Below are positions 32,181-39,253 of a stretch of DNA of 39,253 nucleotides, in pieces (within the stretch, counting starts at the first letter, position 1; each line of letters starts with the position of its first letter). The translations under genes and the position numbers were made by a program. The notes under the pieces were generated by a model. That model ran no database searches, was not told where the DNA came from, and saw only the letters and a program-made list of their open reading frames with translations. The stretch comes from a virus, in IMG/VR virus record IMGVR_UViG_2920817954_000001, positions 1-39,253 of that record; one strand, given 5' to 3'.

Positions 32181-32469
32181 GGTTGAAATCGTGCTGGACG
32201 GTTACTGGCAAAACCGGCCCGGTGAAGCGATGAAAACGGCCATCCTCGCAGACTGGATGGACGAGCTGGAGGACTGGCATGTTGACCAGATCCGCCACGC
32301 TCTGCGCAAGTGGCGCTCGCTGAACCCGTCGAAGAAACCGAACCCCGCGCACATCTCAGGCATTCTCAAGGGCAACCGTGGCAAGGCCTTTGTGGCCCAG
32401 CGTGACGGGGGGCAGCCTGACCCGATGTTTGCGATTGATCGCCCACTGCTTCTGGAGGCCGCAGAATGA
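32092..32469 (+). CDS. hypothetical replication-module protein (125 aa)
   Basis: GGAGG RBS. Overlaps the initiator gene by 89 nt. Confidence 0.5.
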   Translation: MQNLPSLTPKLTDTLQPQECAAHRVQIAIEVEIVLDGYWQNRPGEAMKTAILADWMDELEDWHVDQIRHALRKWRSLNPSKKPNPAHISGILKGNRGKAFVAQRDGGQPDPMFAIDRPLLLEAAE

Positions 32470-32738
32470 CCGAGGAATGGACAGATTGGATTGAGCACAC
32501 CCCCGGCCCGTGCCCTGTGCAGGACGGCACACTTACTGAAGTTGATGGCTTTGAACTAAGACCCTCAGACGTTGATTGGGTTCGCAGGAGGACCGCTGGA
32601 GTGGCGATGCATAACCAGCATATGTGGGCTTGCCTAAGACACCCGCAGCAGGTCATCCGCTACCGCATACGCAAACCCCGCGCTCTGCAGACACTGATCA
32701 AGCTGGCGGAGAGCCTCCCCGAAGAGGTGGACGCATGA
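32466..32738 (+). CDS. hypothetical protein (90 aa)
   Basis: ATGA-coupled. Confidence 0.55.
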   Translation: MTEEWTDWIEHTPGPCPVQDGTLTEVDGFELRPSDVDWVRRRTAGVAMHNQHMWACLRHPQQVIRYRIRKPRALQTLIKLAESLPEEVDA

Positions 32739-33097
32739 CCCGCCGTTTCGACACATGGGAGCAGATGGAGGCCTGCCACGCAGAGGAACGCATGGCGCTG
32801 GCCAACAGGCTTTCCGTGCAGGCTTACCGCAATGGCGTGGCTGGAAACGAATTTGAGTCAGTGGGCAAGACGAAGCTGGACCTGATTGTTGAAAGCACAT
32901 GCAAATCTCACGGCATCAATTACACGGATTTGGTCGGCAACTGCCGTTTTCGCCGGTTCACCGTAGCCCGAAATGAGGCGTACTACATCGCTCAAAAAGC
33001 TGGGTTTTCACTCGCAGAAATCGGGAGTGCGTTTGGTGGACGGGATCACGCAACCATCAGGAGCGGCATCCGCAGGCATGAGGAGACAGTCCAGTGA
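32735..33097 (+). CDS. DnaA domain IV-like HTH protein
   Basis: RFTVARNEAYYIAQKAGFSLAEIGSAFGGRDHATIRSGI resembles the DnaA C-terminal DNA-binding domain. The ATG at 32735 is ATGA-coupled. Confidence 0.6.
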   Translation: MTRRFDTWEQMEACHAEERMALANRLSVQAYRNGVAGNEFESVGKTKLDLIVESTCKSHGINYTDLVGNCRFRRFTVARNEAYYIAQKAGFSLAEIGSAFGGRDHATIRSGIRRHEETVQ

Positions 33098-33390
33098 CCC
33101 CACAACAGGAAGCGGAAATGGGCCGCCAGATGCTGGAGATGGTAAGGCAGGAGCGGCATTACAGGAAAGCGTTTCGTCAAAACATCCAGACGGGGCTGAA
33201 GCAAGAATATGTTGCTGATCGTCGCCAGAGGATGCTGGAATTTCTCGGAGAAAACGGCCCGACTGATATTGCTGTACTGCACGAACTTAACGCTCCTGAA
33301 AAAGCACATGACGACGTGAGAAACCTTCAGGCCATGGGCCTCATTCGTCGGGTTTCTCTGGGCGTCTATGCGCTGAGTGAGGCGGAATGA
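33094..33390 (+). CDS. winged-helix protein (98 aa)
   Basis: GTG start (GTGA coupling) with a GAGGAG RBS. LEFLGENGPTDIAVLHELN...MGLIRRV. Confidence 0.5.
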   Translation: MTPQQEAEMGRQMLEMVRQERHYRKAFRQNIQTGLKQEYVADRRQRMLEFLGENGPTDIAVLHELNAPEKAHDDVRNLQAMGLIRRVSLGVYALSEAE

Positions 33391-33950
33391 CCTGGTATCT
33401 GGCATACGTTCAGGGCGGCAAGACCACCAAAGCCGAAGGCGGCGGGGAAAAGATCCGCAAAGAGTTCTACGTTCAGCAGGAACTGGATGACATGGGCGTG
33501 ACCAATTACCTGCCCCGGCACATCGAGTTTAAGCGGGTCGGCAAGAAGCGCTACGCAGAGCCGTTCGAGAACCCCCTGCTGCCGAATTACATATTCGTGG
33601 AGACGCCCGCAGAGCGCTTTCTGGAAGTTTTGGGCGTCAAGTACCTTCCGGGGCCTCTGATGGCACTCAGCAGGGCGGACGTTGCCGCTCTGGGCACATT
33701 CCGGGCCGAAGTGAACGAGCAATACGCCAAGGCGAGGCGCGCGGCGGAAAACAGGGAGGCAATCGCGGAGTATATCCGGGGGCAGAAGCTGGAGGTCATG
33801 GACAGCCGGTTTGCGGGCAGTGTTCTGAGGTTCCGGCGCATGGTACAGCGCGCCCATGACATGTATCCGAAGGTAGAGGCGTCCATAGAAATGATGGGGC
33901 GTGAGGTTATTGCGGAACTGGACCCGCTGGATGTGAGGGCTGCGGAGTAG
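33387..33950 (+). CDS. NusG/RfaH-like transcription antitermination factor
   Basis: NGN-like WYLAYV...PLLPNYIFVE and a KOW-like GQKLEVMDSRFAGSVLRF. Last early-right gene, directly before the late promoter. Confidence 0.6.
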   Translation: MTWYLAYVQGGKTTKAEGGGEKIRKEFYVQQELDDMGVTNYLPRHIEFKRVGKKRYAEPFENPLLPNYIFVETPAERFLEVLGVKYLPGPLMALSRADVAALGTFRAEVNEQYAKARRAAENREAIAEYIRGQKLEVMDSRFAGSVLRFRRMVQRAHDMYPKVEASIEMMGREVIAELDPLDVRAAE

Positions 33951-33955
33951 GGGTG

Positions 33956-33984
33956 TTGACTTTTGAACTTTGTTCATTTAGATT
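33956..33984 (+). promoter_or_regulatory. late promoter candidate TTGACT-N17-TAGATT
   Basis: TTGACT at 33956-33961 and TAGATT at 33979-33984, with a 17-nt spacer, starting 6 nt after the NusG-like stop. Confidence 0.6.
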
Positions 33985-34334
33985 CAGGCAAAGCCTGATC
34001 CAGCCCTGCGGCGGTTTGTGGCGGCCACACCCGATAACCATCGGGTGCTACTGCATTTTAGGAGTCTGACATGACCAAAGGTGATGGCGGCACAGCCACG
34101 ATAGAAGGCTACGGCGGATGAGCAAAGAGGGTTACAGAGGCCAACCGCTTTCATGTGGTGTGTCAGGCTAAAGAGAAAATCCTGATGAAGTCAGGAGAAC
34201 GGCACAGACCGTAGGCTTCGGCCCTATCTTTAGTCGGCACCCTTCATGAGCGCGGTGGCGTGGAAATCGGAACTGGTTAAATTCCAGAGCGGACGAGACC
34301 AGCCGCTGTCAAACGACAGGTAGCCGGAGTGCCG

Positions 34335-34481
34335 CCCGGCCCGCGTTCAAGTTATTAAGGCCTAGGGTTGCGGGTTCGAATCCCGTCTGGCAGCGGTGAC
34401 TAAAGGGGCAGACAACTCCTCACCGCTTATCCTGCAGGAAGCCAGTAGCTCAATTGGACAGAGCATAGAGCGCGGACCGGG
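34335..34481 (+). ncRNA. permuted tRNA-like structured RNA element within the late leader
   Basis: Closing helix 34335-48/34468-81 (13 of 14 positions pair). T-arm GCGGG-TTCGAAT-CCCGT at 34370-86. Acceptor-like helix CTGGC/GCCAG at 34387-91/34441-45 with an inserted 8-bp hairpin. D-arm GCTC-AATTGGACA-GAGC at 34448-64. Confidence 0.5.
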
Positions 34482-34638
34482 ACGTGCAGTCAAACCCGGA
34501 GAAATTACAGGGCCGCAAGGTTCCACGTTGTTTCGGCAACACCCCTCAGATCACGGTCTGGGGGCCATCAATTAAACGGGGCTGCCACCCTTCAGTTTGC
34601 GGATCTGGCCAAAACCGCACCCTTTCTCAGGAGTATCT

Positions 34639-34815
34639 ATGCTGACAGCACAGGACGTTGCCTTTTTTGACGACGAACTAACGGCAGCAGAGCTTCACGT
34701 TGTTAATTGCATGGATTCATGGCTGGCAGACGACGCCAACAGCCCCGCAGAACTACTGGAGGCAATGGCTGATTTCATTCAGCGCGTTGTCATAGAAACA
34801 CACACAACACACTAG
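34639..34815 (+). CDS. hypothetical acidic protein, first late gene (58 aa)
   Basis: The ATG at 34639 has an AGGAG RBS and lies inside track ORF 34597..34815. Confidence 0.55.
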   Translation: MLTAQDVAFFDDELTAAELHVVNCMDSWLADDANSPAELLEAMADFIQRVVIETHTTH

Positions 34816-34825
34816 GAGGCAGCAT

Positions 34826-35107
34826 ATGCCTGCACACGTAGCATTCGCAAAGCCGATGGACGGGATCGCGCCGGTCATCTCTGCCATCCCTTCGTCCAGT
34901 GAGCTGGTCGCAGACGGCGGCACGAGCACCGCAACAGCAAAGGCGACAGACGTCGCTGTGGTTGTGGCCACATCAGATGTATACGTGGCTTTCGGCACAA
35001 CTCCCGGCACACCTTCAGCAACAAACGGCCATCGCATCCCGTCAGGCGCTGTTCAGACGTTCGGCAGCCTTGACGCCGGGTTCAAGATGGCAGTCGCGGC
35101 TGTTTAA
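34826..35107 (+). CDS. hypothetical protein (93 aa, Ala/Thr/Val-rich)
   Basis: Strong RBS TAGGAGG. Confidence 0.6.
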   Translation: MPAHVAFAKPMDGIAPVISAIPSSSELVADGGTSTATAKATDVAVVVATSDVYVAFGTTPGTPSATNGHRIPSGAVQTFGSLDAGFKMAVAAV

Positions 35108-35130
35108 AAACAAAACGTTAGGCGGCATTA

Positions 35131-35412
35131 ATGGCAGGTAGAAAAGGCGAGAAATTCTGGGCTGATGCTGTAAAGCGCGCAGTGCACCGCAGGCTTGACG
35201 GTGATGACGACAACCCGCAAAAGCTTGAGCTTATCGCGGACGCTCTCGTCGACGCTGCAATGGATGGAGATATTCAAGCAGTAAAGGAAATCGGGGACAG
35301 GCTGGACGGCAAGGCGGTCTCCAGAAATGAGCACTCCGGCCCTGGTGGCGGGGACATTCCCCACAAGCTGACTGTGGAAACAACGCTTGTTGCACCAAAA
35401 GGTAAGGCGTGA
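35131..35412 (+). CDS. terS: small terminase subunit candidate
   Basis: 93 aa, immediately upstream of and overlapping the large terminase. The AMDGDIQAVKEIGDRLDGK motif is recalled from small-terminase-like proteins. Confidence 0.5.
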   Translation: MAGRKGEKFWADAVKRAVHRRLDGDDDNPQKLELIADALVDAAMDGDIQAVKEIGDRLDGKAVSRNEHSGPGGGDIPHKLTVETTLVAPKGKA

Positions 35413-36661
35413 GGTAGCAGAGGCTTTCCGGCCTCTCACATTACCAGCAAGGTACAAGGGCGCTCACGGCGGCAGGGGTTCCGGCAAATCATGGTTTCTT
35501 GCGGATGAAGCGGTTTTTGCGCTGTTGAACGGGAAGGACGTTGTTTGTGTCCGTGAGGTTCAGAACTCGATTGCTGACAGCGTTAAGCGCCTCATGGAGA
35601 ACCGCATAGCGCATTATGGACTACAGGCTCTTTTCGACATCACGGAAAAGGAAATCAGGTGCCCGACAGCGGGCAGTTACGCAATCTTCCGGGGGATGCA
35701 GAACCACACAGCCGCAAGCGTCAAGTCCCTTGAGGATTTCGACGTTGCCTGGTGGGAAGAAGCGCAAACAGCCAGCCAGAAGTCTCTGGACCTGCTGATA
35801 CCGACAATCCGTGCGCCTGGATCGGAGCTCTGGTTTGGCTGGAACCCTGAAAACGAAGATGACCCGATAGATGTATTCCTTCGTAAGAACCCGCCGGAGA
35901 GCGCGGTAGTTGTAGAGGTTAACTGGGACGATAACCCGTGGTTCCCCGACGAACTGCGGGAGGATCTGGAGCGCGACAGGCGTCGTGACCCGGATAAATA
36001 CGAGCACATCTGGAACGGGGCATACAGAGAGGCATCTGAGGCCCGCGTATTCCGGAACTGGCGTATTGGTGAGATTGAGCCGCCTGAAAACGTTGTGTGG
36101 TTCTATGGCGTGGACTGGGGTTTTTCAAACGACCCGGCGGCAGGGGTGAGGTTTTGTTTCCCCGACCCGGAAACGCTGTACGTCAGGAACGAAGTTTACG
36201 AGCTGGGCCTGCCGATGGAAGCGCACCCCGCTTTCCTCGCTGAATTGCCTGGCTCTACGCAATGGCCCATGCGCGCAGACAATGCCCGGCCAGAGATAAT
36301 TGACTACTGCAGACGCCACGGGTTCCCGAAGATACGTGCGGCGAAGAAGGGCAAGGGTTCGGTAGAGGACGGGGTGAGCTTCATTCAGTCCTTTGACGTT
36401 GTTGTCCACCCGGAGTGTGGAAACACGCAGAGAGAATTTCAGCGCTACGCATACAAGACCGATGCGCGTACCGGGGAAATCCTGCCGGTTATCGAAGACA
36501 AGAACAATCACGCCATAGACGCCCTGCGTTACGGCTGTGAAGGCCTGCACCGCAAAGGCAAGCTCATTGAGGCAATCACAACCCCGTCAAAGCGCCCACC
36601 ACAGGGCCATGACTATGGGTTTGACGAGGATGACGAGGAAGATTCATGGAAAGTGGCCTAG
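35387..36661 (+). CDS. terL: large terminase subunit
   Basis: Walker A GGRGSGKS near the N-terminus and a nuclease-like C-terminal half. Only TTG 35387 or CTG 35372 can serve as the start. Confidence 0.85.
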   Translation: MLHQKVRREVAEAFRPLTLPARYKGAHGGRGSGKSWFLADEAVFALLNGKDVVCVREVQNSIADSVKRLMENRIAHYGLQALFDITEKEIRCPTAGSYAIFRGMQNHTAASVKSLEDFDVAWWEEAQTASQKSLDLLIPTIRAPGSELWFGWNPENEDDPIDVFLRKNPPESAVVVEVNWDDNPWFPDELREDLERDRRRDPDKYEHIWNGAYREASEARVFRNWRIGEIEPPENVVWFYGVDWGFSNDPAAGVRFCFPDPETLYVRNEVYELGLPMEAHPAFLAELPGSTQWPMRADNARPEIIDYCRRHGFPKIRAAKKGKGSVEDGVSFIQSFDVVVHPECGNTQREFQRYAYKTDARTGEILPVIEDKNNHAIDALRYGCEGLHRKGKLIEAITTPSKRPPQGHDYGFDEDDEEDSWKVA

Positions 36662-38466
36662 ACCGCACATCCTTGTCGTTTGTCGATATGTTCGAGGCGG
36701 CAGAACAGGCGACACAGAACGCCCGTGAAACGTCAGAGAAATGCCGGGATTACTACGACAGCAAGCAGTGGACCGAAAACGAGGTTCAGGAGCTGCGCCG
36801 TCGTAAGCAGCCAATCATCACTGACAACGTGATTGCTGGAAAGATTAACTGGCTTCTGGGTCAGGAAATGAACCGCCGGACAGACCCCAAGGCGTTCCCC
36901 CGCACTCCCCAGCACGAGGAAGGGGCAGACGCGGCGACAGATGCCATCCGGTTTGTGTGCGACAACGTGAACTTTGACGAAAAGCGCTCTGCTGTCTGGG
37001 AAAACATGCTCATCGAGGGCTATGGCGGTGTGGAAGTCATTCACCGCATGAAACGCAATCAGCCTGAGATTGAAATTAACCACTACCAGTGGGACCGGTT
37101 GTTTTACGACCCTCACAGCAGAAAAGCGGATTTCTCAGACGCCCGGTATGTGGGCTCTGTTATCTGGGCCGACCGGAAGCAGGTAGAGCGCCAGTACAAG
37201 GGGAAAGATCTTTCGGGCGCGATGCAGCGCCAGACCAGCCTTTCAGATACGTATGAGGATCGCCCGGCCTATCAGGTATGGGGTGACAAGGAGCGTGACC
37301 GTGTGCGCGTCTGCCTCATGCACTACAAGGAGGGCGAAAAGTGGAAGTGGGTTAAGTTTTCCTATGGCGTGGTCCTGGAGGAAGGTGAAAGCCCGTATGT
37401 CGACGAGGACGGCGAGAGCGTTTGCCAGCTTCTTATGCAATCGGCTTACGTGGACCGGGATAACAACCGTTATTCAGAGGTTCTGAAACTTCTGGACCAG
37501 CAGGACGAAATCAATAAGCGTCGGTCCAAACTGCTGCACATGGCCAATTCACGGCAGACAATCGGTATCAAGGGCGCTGTAAAAAGCGTGGCGGACATGA
37601 AGCGCGAGCTCGCCCGCCCCGACGGACATGTTGAGGTCGAGGCAGAGGCGGTGGAGGACGCTGCCCGCGTTGGCATGAAACCTTTTGAAATCCAGCAAAC
37701 AGCGGATATGGCAACAAGCCAATTTGCCCTGCTACAGGAAAGCAAGCAGTCCATTGAGGACAAGGGGGCCACAGAGGCTCTGCAGGGCGCAGGAAACGGG
37801 GAAAGCGGTCGCGCGGTACTGGCACGCCAACAGGGCGCCATGCAGTCCCTGACGCCTCTTAATGACAAGCTGAGCCAGTTTACCAGAAGGGTTTACGAGG
37901 CCATCTGGCAGCGTGTCCGCCAGTTCTGGACGCAGGAGCGCTGGGTCCGGGTGACGGATGATGAGCGCAACGTTCGCTTTGTGGGACTGAACCGGCCTGT
38001 AACGCTGCGTGAGAAGCTCTCTGAGTACCCACAGGAGCAGGTCCAGCAGTTTGCCTACCAGAACGCTCTGGGGCCGCAGGATCCGCGCCTTGATCAGGTT
38101 GTGGGCATCGCAAACCCGATTGAGGGCCTGGAGGTTGACATCATCCTTGAGGAAGTGCCGGACATGGTGACCCTTGAGGCCGAGACATTTGAGCAGATTG
38201 TCAACATTGACTCTGCGCGAGGCGGGGTTCTCCCGATCCAGATGATTATCAAGGCCGCTCCCCTGCGGTCGAAGATCAAAAACGAAATTCTTGAGTTCTT
38301 TGAGCAGCAGCAGGAAGCGCAACAGCAGGGCCAGCAGCCTATGCAGGAAGCGCAGCAAGCCATGTTCAACGCAGAGCTTCAGGAAAAGAACAGCAAGGCC
38401 ATGCAGAACGTTGCCGACGCCAATAAAACGGCGGTTGAGACGCAGCGTTTGGCTATGGGCTACTGA
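36646..38466 (+). CDS. portal protein
   Basis: 606 aa, directly after and overlapping terL. Gln-rich C-terminal tail. Confidence 0.8.
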   Translation: MESGLDRTSLSFVDMFEAAEQATQNARETSEKCRDYYDSKQWTENEVQELRRRKQPIITDNVIAGKINWLLGQEMNRRTDPKAFPRTPQHEEGADAATDAIRFVCDNVNFDEKRSAVWENMLIEGYGGVEVIHRMKRNQPEIEINHYQWDRLFYDPHSRKADFSDARYVGSVIWADRKQVERQYKGKDLSGAMQRQTSLSDTYEDRPAYQVWGDKERDRVRVCLMHYKEGEKWKWVKFSYGVVLEEGESPYVDEDGESVCQLLMQSAYVDRDNNRYSEVLKLLDQQDEINKRRSKLLHMANSRQTIGIKGAVKSVADMKRELARPDGHVEVEAEAVEDAARVGMKPFEIQQTADMATSQFALLQESKQSIEDKGATEALQGAGNGESGRAVLARQQGAMQSLTPLNDKLSQFTRRVYEAIWQRVRQFWTQERWVRVTDDERNVRFVGLNRPVTLREKLSEYPQEQVQQFAYQNALGPQDPRLDQVVGIANPIEGLEVDIILEEVPDMVTLEAETFEQIVNIDSARGGVLPIQMIIKAAPLRSKIKNEILEFFEQQQEAQQQGQQPMQEAQQAMFNAELQEKNSKAMQNVADANKTAVETQRLAMGY

Positions 38467-38570
38467 ACCCGCCGCCGGGGTTAACGGGCGTATCGCGCCG
38501 CCAGCGATAAGGGCGAAATCGTGCCGCCGACGAAACGGGCGTTCCGCAAATTCACAGCGATAGGTGACCC

Positions 38571-39253
38571 ATGTCCGATACGGATGATCTCAACGATATT
38601 ATTGACGAAACTCCAGCAGAAGAAACTCCGGTAGAGCCGGAGCAGCCCGAAGAGCCACAGCCGGAAGAGCCGGTTGTCCAGGCGGAACCTGCCGAACCTG
38701 CGCAACCCGCAGAGCCTGCAGCCCCGCCGATGGTGCCGCAGGCCGTCATTGGCGAGGTGAGAGCGGAAAACCGCGCCCTCAAAAAGCAGCTTGAGCAACT
38801 CGGGCAGATGGTTCAGAGCCAGCAACCCGAACCGCAGGCCCCGGATTTCTACGAAAACCCGGAAGCAGCGGTTCAGCACCATATCCAGCCCGTTCACAAG
38901 GCGCTGGAGGCCCAGAAAATGCAGATGTCCCGCTTTACGGCGGAACAGCAGTTCGGGCCGGAACTGGTGCAGCAGGCTTACGACTATTTCGAGGCAAACC
39001 CACAGGCGTCACAGGCGCTTATGGGGCATCCGTCGCCATTCCACGCAGCGGTGCAGGAGTATCAGAAGGCGCAGATTGCGAATGAGGTCGGGAACGATCC
39101 GGCAGCATACCGCGAGAAGATCCGCGCAGAAGTTGAGCAGGAAATCCGGAGGGAAATGGAGGCCAAGCAAACGGCTGCAGCGGTCGCGCAAGCGCCCTCT
39201 ATGGCCGCAGAAACCTCAATCGGCGGACGGGTCGCGCCAGCGCCCACGCTCAC
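38571..39253 (+). CDS. scaffolding-like protein (runs off the window end; completes at 83 after circular closure, 236 aa)
   Basis: ATG at 38571 with no stop before the window end. Pro/Glu-rich N-terminus then a coiled coil. Lies between portal and capsid. Confidence 0.6.
   Translation, partial: MSDTDDLNDIIDETPAEETPVEPEQPEEPQPEEPVVQAEPAEPAQPAEPAAPPMVPQAVIGEVRAENRALKKQLEQLGQMVQSQQPEPQAPDFYENPEAAVQHHIQPVHKALEAQKMQMSRFTAEQQFGPELVQQAYDYFEANPQASQALMGHPSPFHAAVQEYQKAQIANEVGNDPAAYREKIRAEVEQEIRREMEAKQTAAAVAQAPSMAAETSIGGRVAPAPTL

Larger units (their letters stand above)
1..39253. mobile_element. complete temperate dsDNA phage genome, circularly closed assembly (unique length 39198 bp)
   Basis: Packaging, head, virion, lysis, integration, recombination, immunity and replication modules are all present. 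The terminal 55 nt are identical and an ORF reads through the junction. Confidence 0.85.

Noticed and set aside
33366-33977. A 203-aa minus-strand ORF.
   Set aside because: It is antisense to the NusG-like gene, whose NGN and KOW motifs support the + frame.
34370-34466. An ordinary or intron-containing tRNA gene.
   Set aside because: The halves are in the wrong order for a normal or intron-split tRNA. No anticodon arm can be formed in any register that I tried.
34335-34640. Two-piece (permuted) alphaproteobacterial tmRNA, suggested because the T-arm precedes the 5' tRNA-like half.
   Set aside because: The 5' half has a canonical tRNA D-arm rather than the tmRNA type. No CCA follows the acceptor 3' strand. 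No tag-like reading frame ending in hydrophobic Ala-Ala lies downstream. The domain is closed by a long helix instead.
38467-38570. A direct repeat AACGGGCGT(A/T)(T/C)CGC occurring twice in the portal-scaffold spacer, considered as a pac or regulatory site.
   Set aside because: There are only two imperfect copies in GC-rich DNA, and I cannot distinguish them from chance by eye.

Overview
The window is one complete temperate dsDNA phage genome, closed into a circle. The first 55 nt equal the last 55 nt, so the unique length is 39198 bp. The DNA is GC-rich and the proteins look alphaproteobacterial (Rhodobacterales-like). There is no tape-measure or tail-tube gene, so the virion is probably short-tailed. 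All protein family calls come from reading the translations and from remembered motifs; no database search was run.

Layout:
- + strand, 34.6-39.2 kb and 0.1-14.8 kb: late operon. It encodes small and large terminase, portal, scaffold (reads across the circular junction), an N4-gp56-type major capsid, stabilisation and ejection-like virion proteins, membrane proteins, an amidase endolysin, holin, overlapping spanins, and tail fibre and tailspike genes.
- 10382-10687, minus strand: four tightly packed tRNA genes, antisense inside the lysis cassette.
- Minus strand, 14.8-17.9 kb: small cargo genes and tRNA-Arg(UCU), lying next to attP.
- About 18.05-18.10 kb: attP, carrying the 3' part of a tRNA-Arg(CCG).
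- Minus strand, 18.1-27.8 kb: integrase, Xis-like gene and the early-left operon (XRE, Lar, Ref, SPOUT methyltransferase, NinB, HNH, SSB, Rad52, Gp157).
- 27.8-29.0 kb: lower-GC immunity switch.
- + strand, 28.9-33.95 kb: early-right operon (GIY-YIG, HNH, VRR-NUC, replication initiator with internal iterons, DnaA-domain-IV-like protein, NusG/RfaH-like protein).

The most unusual region is the roughly 690-nt ORF-free leader at 33951-34638, between the NusG-like gene and the late genes. It has a near-consensus promoter and many hairpins. It also holds a circularly permuted tRNA-like domain (T-arm, then a closed acceptor helix, then a D-arm) clamped by a 14-bp helix.
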